This document shows, in pieces, positions 12,535-25,311 of a stretch of DNA of 64,000 nucleotides. Position 1 is the first letter of the stretch, and the number at the start of each line of letters is the position of its first letter. The notes beneath the pieces are model-generated. The model saw nothing but the letters and a program-made list of their open reading frames with translations. It searched no databases and was not told the DNA's origin. The translations under genes were made by a program, and so were the position numbers. This stretch comes from Oikopleura dioica (Eukaryota; Animalia; Chordata). The DNA is taken from contig OU015566.1 of the NCBI GenBank assembly GCA_907165135.1, positions 14,322,001 through 14,386,000 of the forward strand, in the 5' to 3' direction.

Positions 12535-12890
12535 CTAAAGGAGTTTTTAATGCAAGAGCATTCATGTTCAAATCCAAGACTCTTGAATTTTCCAAACGAT
12601 CTCCAATACTCTCAAAGTCGAAATTGTTTCTAAAGAGAAAGAGAACGAGCGGAAATGCCGTACTTCAACTTTGTTACATGCAATTCTCTCTAAGCTCCTT
12701 TTTTCAAGAAGCTCTTTCCAAAAAGAACATCCACTTTCTTTTTAAAATTACGAAAAACGTGTTCGTTTTGCTGAAAGGGGTTAATTTTCAGGATCAAATT
12801 TTGATGACAGTGTCATTTTATTTTGGTAACCGCAATCTTGACTTTCCCTTATCCGTAGAATAATAATACGTTTTCTCTACCGGTAATTGA

Positions 12891-13281
12891 ATAATATCAA
12901 GTTGAAATAAGGGGGTAAGCGTCGCTAATTTAGTTTTCCAGAGCTTTTTTCTATGAAAATTGACATAAATACACCCATAATTCTTTCATTGAAGCTTTTC
13001 TTGAAAAATTAACATTGTGACACCCTTATTTTAAGTGGAACAGACATTCATCATAAAATAAGGGTGTCATAATGCTAATTTTTCAAGGAAAACTTGGAAG
13101 GAATTAAGGGTGTATTTATGCTAATTCTCGTAGAAAAGAGTTCTGGAAAGCTAAATTATCGAGCCTCACCCCCTTATTTTATCTTGATATTATTATTCAA
13201 AAATTAACATTATGACACCCTTATTTTATGTGAAACAGACATTTATCATAAAATAAGGGTGTCATAATGTTAATTTTTCAA
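12891..13281. repeat. Nested palindrome built from GACACCCTTATTTT / AAAATAAGGGTGTC units
   Basis: 12891-13193 is a ~300-bp imperfect palindrome centred on GACACCCTTATTTT..AAAATAAGGGTGTC. The central ~80-bp unit is repeated at ~13200-13281. Confidence 0.8.
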
Positions 13282-13738
13282 CGAAAAAAAAATGGCAAAA
13301 ATTCACACCGGATTAGATTAGTTTCGCCCCCGTCTCCGTATTTTCTGGCCACGTTGGTCCTTATGTCTTCTGTTTATCAACATTTCAAATTTTGTTATGT
13401 GAAATAGAGAGAGAAGGAAACGTGTAAATAAATAACTAGTTGCCCTCTTTGTTATCTAATACCGTGAGCTTTTCTTAAAACATCACAAAACGGACGAGAA
13501 AAACGTGTGTTTTCGATTTTGAGAGTTTTTTTAGATTGCATGATTTTTGCAAATTTGGCGATGAAGAAGGCGGTAGTTTGGGCACTCTCGGGGCCCGGTA
13601 ATCGAGGGTATGTTTTCGAGCACCAATCGTTGATTACCTCTTTGATTAGACGTAAATTAGCGAATTAGAATGTCTTGAGAAGAAAATATTTTAACGCGAG
13701 ACAAGATTTTTTCTTGTTATTCGAACATTTGGGGTTGT

Positions 13739-13959
13739 CCACTTTGTGTCGGGGTCAAAACTTCGCACCTGGAAAGAACGGGCAGGATCTCCAGCCGAGC
13801 AAATAGGATGCAAGGGTCGGCCGACATGTGCTAACTCCTGCAGAGACTGCTCTCGCAAAATCGGAGCTGCACTCGGCACGAGATGTGTGAGCCATTGAGT
13901 AAGTACAGTGTATGATCACAGGGCATATTGAGTCCAAGATCAGGATCAAGCTCAGCCGC
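13739..13959 (+). repeat. Left arm of an inverted segmental duplication (partner 15779-15995)
   Basis: CCACTTTGTGTCGGGGTCAAAACTTCGCACCTGG...CTCAGCCGC matches the reverse complement of 15779-15995 with scattered substitutions and small indels. Confidence 0.9.
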
Positions 13960-14112
13960 GTTTAAGTCTCAATAAATTATTGACAATAATGCGAAAAAAT
14001 ATAAGTTGGACAAATCTTGCCTAATTTTTAGCTTAACAGGTTTTTTTTTTGAGGCGGACATAGACTTTCTGTAACTTTTGATTGGGTTAAGATAATTATG
14101 ATCTGTAACTTG

Positions 14113-15016
14113 CGGAGCGCACTCACTTGGACTTTTCTCTCACTTGGACTCGCGCTCATTCTAACTCCTCGCTCGTTTGAACTCGTCGGTCAATTAGAGT
14201 GTTGGTTGAATTGAGCGAGGAGTTAGAATGAGTGCAAGAATTATAAAATAAAATAAAAATAAAAAAAAAAAAAGAAATTAAAAAATGAGTCCGGTGACTG
14301 TCACCGGGTAACATAATAGAGAAATTTTTTCAAGTCACTTTAGTCTACATTCTGATAGAAGTATCAAATAATTCTGTACAATTTTAAAGGGTGATAATTT
14401 GGAGGTTCATGCATTCCTGCAAATGTCTGTTGTCTACAAGACTTTTGTCTGCAAGAAAGAAGAAAATTTCGGTTGCCCACTTGTAAGCTTTACTTATGAA
14501 CTCTAGAAAGTTATTTTTGCTCTAGAATTATACCGATGATAGCAGGCCTTACCCTGGATAAAAAGATCTATTTCTTTTTAATGAATTCCTGGAATATGTA
14601 AACCTTCGTTTTTCAAATTAAATTTCGATTCATGATAACTTTTAGCTGCTATATTATATATTAATAATATATATTATAAATTAAAGTTAAAACGTTAATG
14701 CATTGAATATTACTGGTTCAATCATGTTCAGTGATATGTAACTTCCTATTGACAAAAGCCTATTGTTACTGACTGTTGGAAGTTTCCAGAAAAAGTTCTT
14801 ATTTAGCAGTTATGAAAATTAAAGAAAAGGAATTCTATAAACTACCCTAAGACTGTCCACTGAGAATACAGTACCCTCGCTCACGCAAAATGGAAAGCTC
14901 ACTTCAACTCGCGCTCGATTGAACCAAAATCTCACTTGAACCGACGGGTTCAAATGAGCGCGGGTTAGAATGAGCGCGAGTCCAAGTGAGTGAAAAGTTT
15001 AAGTGAGCGTGCTCCG
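14113..15016. repeat. Pair of inverted ~90-bp repeats (CTCACTTG/GCGCTCATT-rich), each internally palindromic
   Basis: 14113-~14200 CGGAGCGCACTCACTTGGACTTTTCTCTCACTTGGACTCGCGCTCATTCTAAC... matches the reverse complement of ~14925-15016. Confidence 0.75.
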
Positions 15017-15082
15017 TAACTTGCAGAATATAGTCGGGTATTAAATTACTAATTTTTAATCAATTTGGTGTCAGTAACTATT

Positions 15083-15163
15083 CTGGTGGTGGAGTTATGA
15101 CGTCATCAAAATGCATTATAAAATAGAACCTTGAACTTTGTGACGTCATTACTCCACCACCAG
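15083..15163. repeat. Small hairpin element with TGACGTCA in each arm
   Basis: CTGGTGGTGGAGTTATGACGTCA (15083-15105) versus TGACGTCATTACTCCACCACCAG (15141-15163). Confidence 0.7.
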
Positions 15164-15778
15164 TGGTGCAAATAACACCAAAAGCTTATTTAAAACACTA
15201 GAAACTCTCCCCAACAAGATGCAAAAGAGAGAATTGAAATATCTCGTCTGTAACACCTTCAAAAACGCTCCACCAATTTATGTTCACCTCAAAAAAAACC
15301 TGTTTACGATTGGCGAAATAAGGGTGAAAGAAAGGTTATTATACTGTATAATTTATACACCTCCTGAGGCACGAGAGTCGAAAAATTAGCTTTCGCGCAG
15401 AAATGCCTTGAAGTTTTGAAAAAAGTAAAAAAACTGTAGATATCTATCGCTTAGCTATTTTTAGATTACACTTCGACTACTCTTGGTTAGGGTTAGGGTG
15501 AGGGTTGCTGAGGTGTTTTGGTGGGTCGGCTAAAAATGACAATTCGGTAGGGTAAGATTAATTAAAAAATATTTACTTGATACCCTTAACCCTGGTTTTC
15601 ACAATTTTGGTCCGTGCGAGGACCATTTCATCCAAAACCGTGGTGGCCCACTGGTGGGGATCTTTTAAAGTCAGTTTTGACGCCGAAATCGGAATCTACG
15701 CCCTCGATTACCCCATGAGGCAAGAATTGACCAATTTTTATTTTGAGTCTTCCATTTTTTCATATTTGAAGCTTATCC

Positions 15779-15995
15779 GCGGCTGAGATTGATCCTCATC
15801 TTTAGCTCAATCTGCCCTGTGATCATATTTACTCAATGGCTCATACATCTCGTGCCGAGTGCAGCTCCGATTTTACGCTGAGAGCAGTCTCTGCAGGAGT
15901 AAGCACATGTCGGGGGACCCTTGCATCCTATTTGCTCGGCTGGAGATCCTGCCCGTTCTTCCCAGGTGCGAAGTTTTGACCCCGACACAAAGTGG
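15779..15995 (-). repeat. Right arm of the inverted segmental duplication (partner 13739-13959)
   Basis: Reverse complement of 13739-13959. Confidence 0.9.
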
Positions 15996-16223
15996 AGTGT
16001 GCCGAACATTTTCGTAACCCGCTAATTCCAAGCTTCAATAAATCATCTCATTACAGTTATATTTTCTGTTATTTCTAGCATAATCAATTAGCTGAAAAAA
16101 AAATGAATTGAAAATTATAAAAAAAATAAATTTTTAGTTTAGTTTTAAGGGTGTAGGGGCCGATAAAAAAGCCGAATAGTAAATTTTGGCCCTCAGGACG
16201 AAAATGGGTTAATTTTTACTTAC

Positions 16224-17935
16224 ATTAATCAGCGCCATTTCGAGCGAATCTTCTCCCTTGCAAAGAACGGGCTTGAATGGTTTCCATCCAACTTTTCGGC
16301 CCATGCAAATTTTTCTGTGGAATCCGACCATCGTATAACCAGGGTCACACTTGAAATTGCACTGTTTCCCGTTCGCCATGCAAGACATATCGCCATTTTC
16401 AGGCGCCTCCAAGACCAGGCAGCCCGCTTTGTTGTACTGAGGGTGTTCAGGTGACGTCGAGTGGATGGACTTTTCGCGGCGTTGAAAACAAGAAAAAATA
16501 ATCGACACAAGTGCTTATGCAACAAGAAAGAGAATACACTTTTTATGAAAAATATTCTATTTTTGAACCTTGGGTTCAACAAAATATGGAAATGGGCTTG
16601 ACTTGAAAAGAGGGGTCCTTCTTCCACTACTATCGATAAGAAAGGCTTCACAATTAGTCCGGAAAAGTCGGAAGAGGAGTTGAATTTCGCCGAGCGCAGC
16701 GAAATGGCCGGTTGGGCACATAATGTGATCCGTTCTACGTAAGCTGATTGAGCTTAGCGACGGATCTTAGCAGTTCTTGCTAATGAAATGCAAGATACGA
16801 CGTTTTTAAGGGGGGGAGAAAATGACACTTATTTTGGATTTCGCTTTCGAAAGTTTTACATAGAGACACCCTTATTTTTTCTATCCATAATTTGGGTAAG
16901 TTATCAAAGCTTTTGTTTCGCTCGGAAAAAAGGCATAAAGTAAGAGTATCTCTATCTTAATTAATAGAGAAATATATTAGCTTCTTTTTACGAGAATTTA
17001 CATAGAGACACCCTTATTTTTTTATCAAGAATTCAGCGGAAGATATGAAAGATTTTGCTTATCTCAAAAAAGTCAAAAAATAAGGGTATCTCTCTATCAT
17101 AATTTAAAGAGAAATCAATATATTTCAATACAGGATATGTGCCCCCTTAAACATAAGTCTTTATAAGGAGACTCATTTTAAAGGAGAGAGCATTCTTCAC
17201 TTTTGTTTTTCACTGAACAAAGCTGCTAAGGGTCGGGTAAAAAGGAATGCTAATAAGCAGTAACAAAAATGCACCAAACGTGGATGTGTGTTTTCAAGGC
17301 CGGACCTTTTGCGGAAGCATTTCGACTTTGGCAACAGCTAAATTCACGTTTTAGCGAACAGACATAACAAGGAATGTCAAAATCGCGATTTCAAAATTCT
17401 TACCATTTGGATCCTTTTCTCCCAAAATCGCCGCCGTCTTCTTCAAATTCTGCTCGCTAGCGTACGCTGGAAAGAGCTGAGTCCTGTAGTACTTGTACTT
17501 TCCTTTCCTCTCCCCGAGTTTCGAATGAAAAAGATGTAACTCATGCGGTGCTGTTTTTACGGCTCTAGAATTTCGCCTCGTATTTTAACAGGCTTTATGT
17601 CTTATCCACGTTTTTCGCGCCCGTTCTGGATGAAAATATTTTGACATAAATGTTCATCTGAATTTTTTTGCCTTGAATGAAATTTAAATTCAATTTTTCG
17701 CAATAAAATTCAAAAAAGTTCGTGAAAATTGAATTTTAGAATTTTGGAGAGCCTTTCCTTTACTGAGGGACATTTCTTATCAGTTCCAAAGGGGCCTAAT
17801 CGCAGCACGACATTGTCTTTGATATCGTCGTTTTTCTTCGACCAGGTTTTTCGGACCAAAATGGTGGCGTTGTAGATTCCATTTTCGTCAGGATTTCCGA
17901 CGTATGAGACAATTCCGTTGACGACCATAGTTGAA
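16224..17935 (-). CDS. Probably secreted protein with an NtA (agrin N-terminal)-like domain and a Sushi/CCP domain; ends unresolved
   Basis: Exon from 17935: STMVVNGIVSYVGNPDENGIYNATILVRKTW...VVLRLGPFGTDKKCPSVK (NtA-like). Exon ~17550-17402: MSYIFFIRN..GKYKYYRTQLFPAYAS. Exon 16469-16224: CLVLEAPENGDMSC..CNFKCDPGYTMVG..IC..GWKPFKPVLC (Sushi consensus). Confidence 0.7.
16859..17130. repeat. Tandem ~143-bp units each carrying an inverted GACACCCTTA / TAAGGGT pair
   Basis: CATAGAGACACCCTTATTTTTT at ~16859 and ~17001, each followed ~85 nt later by TAAG(A/G)GTATCTCT..ATC. Confidence 0.65.
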
Positions 17936-19925
17936 CTGAAGAAAAAAAAATGATTTTTGAAAAGTCGAAACTATTGACTCGAAAGTCTCAGTTTCTTCCT
18001 GACTCGGCAACCTGTGTAGAAAACCTGAGTCAGGGTCTGGAAAATAATTTTTTTCAATAATTCTAGTGCTCATGAACTGCAGTTGAATGTTTACGGTATT
18101 CTCTAAACGAACACGTGAGGCCGACCTTCTGGCTTGTCAAAAGGTTCTTTGTTAGTACACGCACAACACTATTTCTTTCTAAAGTGGAGACCGAAAGAGG
18201 AGCTAGTGGCCAAATGCAAGCCTTTCTCTTTTGCATTCGTTGAGAAGGCAGTACGTGTGCCCAACAACAACTACAACGAAGGTATCATTTCGAGGATTTT
18301 TAGAAAGCTCTTGATTCCTTGCGTCAGCCGGAAATCCACGCTGCCGACAATTTATCGAACCAAACTAGCGTTTGCGGATTTACTGGCTTCTTACTGTTAC
18401 AACAAGAATTAAACCGAGTTAAAAAAGAGGAATTCTAACTTGCCAAAGTTTCCTTTGTCTTAGTATGAGTCAGTACTGTTTGACTTTATCAGTATAAATA
18501 GACCCCTTGCTTATCAGTTAACCGAGTACATACAGTCATTCTATTCCCCTGAAAAAAAATAGCTTCTTACTTGAAACACATTCCTTTGAAAAAATTCCCG
18601 CCACTATTAACCCAAGTGTTTTTTAGCCCCGTGGTATGTAAGGTAACCCATTCCAGGGTTATAAATTAACTAATTTCAAAATGATGGAATTTTGATTTCA
18701 AGTAGCAACATTGGCGCTTTTTTTCTAATGCTCAAATAAATCGTAAGGGCGGGGATTAAATCTGTTGCAATAACAACCACGGAAAAGAGAGAAGAGAAAA
18801 AGATTGTCTTGCTAACTAATTAACTTTTTCTGAATTTTGAGTGATAATTTAGAAATAAACGGCGATTTTAATTGAATGATTTGAACGAAAAAGGAGAATG
18901 GTGTGGAAACAAGCGTAAGCGGATTTGCTGGCAAGAGTGACGCGGGACGCCGCATTTTGTCGGTTTTGTTAACAAAACAAAACTCTATGTAATTCTAGTG
19001 CAACTTCAAAAGGAGCCAAAATAAGTTGCGATAGTCTAAATTATTTCTTCTGTCTTTGTTTCCCTTTAGCGGCCCTTCTGCCTCACGTTTTATAGCGAGC
19101 CCTCTTTTTCGAGCAAAACTGATAAGAAAAAAAGTTCTCACGCTTCTCCAGCTCGGCAGGGGACGCAGAAACTTGATACTAGGGGCTAATGCAGATCTCA
19201 GATCTGTCTTAATTTTTGGTGAATGACAGCTTAGACAACATCTTTGCTACGTTATCAGTGACACACTCGGCGGGAGACCAAATTTTTCAGCGATGAATGA
19301 AGAAAAGGCTCTTATCAGTATTGCGAAAAACAGGTGATAAAGTGATGAGCTGGATGAAAAACAAGTGCGTTCTTTTTCAGAACTTTACAAAAAGCTTGAA
19401 AAGGGTACACTTGATTCGGTTCTTTTTCGTGCTTGTTTTTAGTTTAGCGTATTCAAGTTGAATTATGAGCTCCTTGTTTTCGATTACGAAAAAGGGATGA
19501 GCCAAGGGGGCGGCTTCTAAGCGTATTCTTGATCTTGTCTCGAGACAAAAACAAGAGCGTCATAAAATCTCGAGCTGATCTTCCTTTCGGGATCCGCTTG
19601 ATTCGTTTACCAAACCCGCTTCTATTTTGCTGTTTTGCTGGAAAAAGAAACATCCCCCTTGCTTTAAATATTACGAAAACGATAAGCAAGAAGTCCACCG
19701 AACTGGGCACAACTAGAAATAGACAAATAAAAAAAAACGGCGCTTTCATTTTTCAATTTTCGAATTCGGAATTCCTTCCATGGTGAATTTGATTTACCAA
19801 GCGGAAGTAGTTTTAGACTGGAAATGTCAAGAGATATTCAATAACTGGAGTGAGTACCTCCGACCGGTTAAATATTTAACCCCTCATCAAATTAACGCAC
19901 TTTTTTTTTGCCTTAAAATGGTTAA

Positions 19926-20451
19926 CCTTAGCCCGCCAAAAGTGGATTTTCTGGGGTACCCGCCAAGAACACCATATATGGTGTATCCTCCATTGTAGGT
20001 CGACACCATATTTGGTTTATCATGATTTTATTAAAAGTTTTTGTTCGAAAATAATTTTTTTGATGTATTGAGGTGTTCTCATGATGATTTTAGAGTTCAT
20101 TCATTCAAAAACCCACTCACTGGAATTTTTAAATTGAGGATCAGAGAAGCTGACTAGGGTAAATTTTCGATAAAATCGCTTGGAAAAAGCTGGGGTACCC
20201 GCCAAAAACACCATATATGGTGCACCAACAATTGTAGCTCGACACCATATATGGTGCATGAACTTTTTGCAAAAATAAGGGTTTCCCGACTCTAAGATCT
20301 ATCAGAAACTGGTCCAAAATCCCAACATCGATAGATAATCGATCAAGCCGTCTCAGCATATCCTCAGTTTTCGAAAAAATTTTCAATGTTCAGCGCAGTG
20401 AGCAAAAACATGAACGATTCACGAGTTGTGGTGTACCTTGGCGGGCTAAGG
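19926..20451. mobile_element. piggyBac-type non-autonomous element
   Basis: TTAA|CCTTAGCCCGCCAA ... TTGGCGGGCTAAGG|TTAA, with TTAA at 19922-19925 and 20452-20455. Internal direct repeats CTGGGGTACCCGCCAA.AACACCATATATGGTG near 19951 and 20190. TTAA duplication with CC..GG ends is the established piggyBac signature. Confidence 0.85.
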
Positions 20452-22390
20452 TTAAATGGTTTTCATCAAGATTTGGTACCAGAAAAAGTATTTTTTATCT
20501 AAGTTTGTGCATTTAGAGAGGGAGGTCCTTAAGGCGATCTAAGAAATCAAGAACCTTCTAGGGCCTTGGTTCTAGGATCAATCTGAATGAAACACCTGTT
20601 CGTAAACAGAATTTGACAAAGATGGAAACATGCATTAATTATTTTGACAATTAAAACTAACTCAGCCAGCAATTAGCATAAATTAACTTCATCAAAAATC
20701 TTAAGGGTTTACTTACGCTTTGACTCTTTTGGAAATATCAACCCCTTGTCCTGGCGCGTAGCAACTTTTCATCGCTGCTACCGTCTGTAGTATCAGACAT
20801 ACTGTCTGTAATATCTTCATGATCTCTATTTTTAGTGTGATTTATACAGTGATTTTTCTGATTGAGCGATATTAGGTTCTCTTTATCGCTGACTAATCAA
20901 AAAGATAAAAAAAAATGGCAAGATCTTTATTTCTTTCTCGATCGTTATTTCTCGACGATTTTCGAGAAATCTCCCATTGCCGCCGCGCTCCGTCGTGCGA
21001 GCGCCATCTGGGATGACCCGAGCGAGCCAGAGAGCGTTCGCGCGCGCATTCAGCGCGGAATGTGTCGCGCTGCAAGCTCATTGGCCGCGGCGCTAGAATC
21101 AAAGAATATGGAAAACATATGTAACTTCTTTCATGTTAGGGGGTAGGGAGATTGAGTTTATGTAGATTCTGGCTTGTAGACTCGTTTGTTTTACACACTG
21201 TAGATTTGTTTCTAGTCTTTGTTGATTTCATAACAGGCAAAATTCAAGTAAATCACTGTAAATTCGCTAAATCCCCAACAGCTGACCACAATCGCATTCA
21301 ATTTCGAGCACTGGAAAATTATAGCATCCTTCTCAACCCGATTTCTCCACCGGTAGATCCAGAATCCGGCTCAAAAGAAAGGTCACGCGCACCTTAAATT
21401 CGTAACGTGATCAAGAAAAAAACAGAATGAGAGGTTCTAGCAGGCATTTCCTGTCTATTCCCGGCGGAAATTTGCAACATTTTCAGCAAAAAACCGCAGC
21501 ATAAAGCATTTTTCATCAACCTAGCTAAAACCAGTAGAACCCAGTACAGCTGAAATAAAAGAGTGAATACTAAGTACCCCTCAATAATTTTCAATTTACA
21601 ATAAAAGTAAATTTCGATTGTTTGGTAATTTTGAAAACATGATCCGAAAAAAAGATATTTTAAAAATTACTTATTGAAGAAAGAAGAAAACGATTGAAAT
21701 CAGGACTCCTTGTTTTCAAAATATTTTTGCAACATTTTTCTTATTTACATGTCAATAGCAACTACTTCCCAAAGCAGTTCAAGCTTCCGGAACTTCCTTT
21801 TCGGGCAGGTTTGGTGACGAAACAATCCGAGTTTTTGAATTCGAAAATGCACGAAAATCTTTCCGCTGAATGAAACCTCTGATTGCCTCTTTAGAAAGAC
21901 AAGGAAATTGGCCTTATGTAAAAGGTTCTTTCTGTATAAAATTGGTAATAGTAGTGACAGTCTAAACAAATTCAATTACCTCGTACGCGCAAGTCCTCTT
22001 CAAGGCGGGACCAGGTGCAATTTAAAATTTGCCAATTTTTAGAGCACATTTGCTGCATCGCTGCCTAAAATACTGTATGGATACACTTTGTGAACGAATA
22101 CGCCACTCGAAATTGAGGCTCAATTTATGGTAATTTGTATTTTTCAGCAAAGCTTCAAAATATTTGATTGATGGTTTCTGACTCGACCGGGAATAAGGGC
22201 ACGGTTTCAAAGAATTCAAAATTTAGATCTGATTGGTCTACTGGAAAAATGCGACAATTTAGTTGGTCTAAAATTTGACAAAAATTTTTGTCAAAATTTT
22301 CGCATTTTTCGGACTCGTGGCACTTCCTAAATTTTCCAGAATTTTTTTTTATTCGAAAAAAAAAAGAGGATTATAACTGGAATCATTTAC

Positions 22391-23735
22391 CTATAAGCGC
22401 TAATGCAGCAATTTTAGAAAAAGCCGCGTGGCGCACATGTTCAGCGGAAATCAGTTTCGGAACACGGAGTTGGACATGTTGTGGCTCCCGCCCCGTCCTC
22501 GCTGCCCTAAACACGTCTAAGTACGATTTACGCGCTCCTTCGACCAAAAGCAGCTAAAATTCGCTAAGCCCAATAAACACGTTCCATTCTACAGTACCCT
22601 CCTCGTTTTCCTCAGAGGAAGGGACGAACAACTACCTGTCTTTTAAAAATTTACGAAAGCGCGGTAAGTTAATCATGAGTCTAACTCAACTTTCTGGCCT
22701 AAGATGAATTATTAATCATTTTCTTTGCTTCAATCTTATGTTCAACAAACAAAATATTATATGATACAGTATGGACCATACTGTATGGTTACACTCAACT
22801 GACGTAAACACTACGGCAGTCAAACTTTTGCATAAGAATCCATAAAAAATGGAGAACGACAAAAAATTTCGACAATTTTTGCGTGGGCGGTTATTCGACT
22901 GCTGATTGGCCGGTTAGCCGATTCCAGGCTTCTGATTGGTCGAAAATTTCCACGCAAAATTTGTCGAAATTTTTTGTGGGTTCCTGACACTTCCCCCTTA
23001 AAATTTTTATGTAATTATATTTTGAAAGAAAAAAAATAAATTTGTTAAATTTTTTAAATAAAAATTTTAATTTTCTTTATAAAAACTGCCAATTTCCCTC
23101 TTTCTAAATTTCACAAAGGTTTGATAAATTTATTTGCTTTCCTGAAGCTCTGCAGGGGGTCCCCTTAATCAATTTTTTGCGGATCGATTGGGTAAGGGCG
23201 TCACAAACAATCGCATATCAAAGGATAGGCTTCATTAAATTTGGTATTCGGATGACGGTCAGATGAACGCTCTCCTCTTTCGCGCGGCTTTTACACGCTA
23301 AATTATGCAGCGAACAGAATTTGCCTACAAATTACTATCAGACGCGAACCAAATCGGAAATCTATATTTTAATAATTTCGGCTCATTATTTTTCGGCTCA
23401 AAATTGTCCAAAATTTTTCTCAAACTGGATCATACTTTTTTTGCTTGCGGCTACTTGAACTGCCTGTCTTTTGTCATTTCAGTCGCAAAAAAGTCTTCAC
23501 TAGGACTTTCAACAAACGGTCGGTAAGGGTTTAGGTTATGATAAGGGTTGGATTAGAACCGATATGGATAATCGAGATGTTGGCTTTTGTTTGGGATGAT
23601 GATAAGAAAAAAGTGCTTGATTTTCATTACCCATTGGTTTGTTTTTTTTCTTGTGGAGTCGGCTGATGGCGCCGCGAGTCGTCGTCGGCGGCTGGCTGGC
23701 TGACTTGCCCCTGGGCGAGTGACTGAGCGGCACAT
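22391..23735 (-). CDS. Candidate exons of an unidentified gene
   Basis: ATG exon 23735-23631 ends at a phase-0 GT donor. Open phase-0 exon 22553-22391 (LLLVEGARKSYLDVF...ALI) has an AG acceptor and GT donor. No recognisable domain. Confidence 0.3.
22859..22977. repeat. Short inverted-repeat element with internal ATTGG (CCAAT) boxes
   Basis: ACAAAAAATTTCGACAATTTTTGCGTGG ... CCACGCAAAATTTGTCGAAATTTTTTGT. Confidence 0.7.
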
Positions 23736-25311
23736 CAGTGTGCCCGTCACCACGCGTTGAGCCCCTTTTCTCCTTCTATTTATTGCAAGAAAACGCGGAG
23801 AACCACAACAACAACCTGCTTTTTCTGTCCAAATTAACTTTAAACAAGAGGAAAGAGAAGAAGACCTGAACAGACAAAGAAAGAGATGTACAAAAGTGTA
23901 AGTGTAAAAATATGCCGGTATTTACGATTTCGAAAATTTAAGGGTGTAGCGCGATGTTAAACATGTGTCTTTATTTCGCGTAATTTGTATAGGGGAATTT
24001 ATGCGGTAAGGTTATCAGACTTCTTGGATCTCTAAAAAGATGATCTAAATCGAGAAGTTATTTATATAGAAGCTCGGATCAAACAAAATAACCGCGCGCG
24101 AAATAGGATTATTTTGACTACAGAAAGAAACGCAGGCTGGAAAATACCGTAATATTGAATTTGGCCACTTTGAGAAGCAGAGACTTTGGATTAAATTTTA
24201 GACAGCAGTCAAGTTTTTTTTACGTTGGGAAAAAAGAAAAAAAAAGACACAGGGTGAATATCGATTTTCTGCTATTGACAATGCGCGTGAAATATTCAAC
24301 TCTCTCTTTCTCTTTTGCTCTAAATGCATTTCGCGCAAATATGCTTGCAAACATCATTTTACAGGGCAAAAAGGAATGCATACAGGTTCAGAAATAGGGA
24401 CCAAAACGGATTACTTTAGTCGTTTTCTAATAAAAAAATTAATCTATTTTCGTTTAATTTCATCACTGACTAAAAATAAATACAATAAATACAACGAATA
24501 AAGTACTAAGGAATTGGCTGAACGATTATACCTTCTTTATCAAAGTTGATCTACTTGATTAAAATGAGCTGGATGAGTTGGATCTACTCAAGAATTAAAC
24601 AAATCAAGTATCAATTTGTCGGCTCATATTTTATGCAATCCTTTCTAGTCAAAAATTCAAGAGGAGCATCTTTCTTTGCTTCTTTGCCAAGTTCTGAAAA
24701 GACGAGAATAGTTCAATAAAGGACAGACTCGAGCACTCAATTTCTCGTCCCATCGAATAGTAATCACGTTTAGCCAATAAAGATCTAATTGACGCGCATT
24801 TGGCGCGGAGCCACGCTCGCTCAAATTCCTCTCGACCCTTTCTTCCACCTATGCCGGTCTACTATTTATTTACCGACTAACCTTGCTCGACTGGTTAGAA
24901 ACGGTCCAAGTGCCAGCTCGATTGGCTGAACATACTTCGAACTTTTATTATTAATAAATGAGCGGAGGACAGTATCAAAGTAGTCAAAGTATCGATATTT
25001 AATCGAATACAAAATTTTGTCTGTAGTCCAGTTTTCGAGAAATCAAGAGAAGGGTAGACCCCGAGATTTTAATTAAGATTTACGCAGCTCTCTTTCATTT
25101 TATCCGATTCACTACCGCATTATTGCCGTGCATATTTACTGGATGATATTTACAACCCAAGACAGTGATTAACACACGCCCAGGGCTGCTAATGAGAAAT
25201 CGATATACTTTCTCTCTTCTTGTTGTTTTTCTTTCGTCCGTCTTTTTTTCGAAGTTTAATCTGCTTTTTCAGGCCATAAAGAAAAAAGATAGAGTTATGT
25301 AAAGAAAAACA

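Noticed and set aside
15487-15504. Interstitial telomere-like TTAGGG TTAGGG TGAGGG
   Set aside because: Only two exact units; too short to distinguish from chance.
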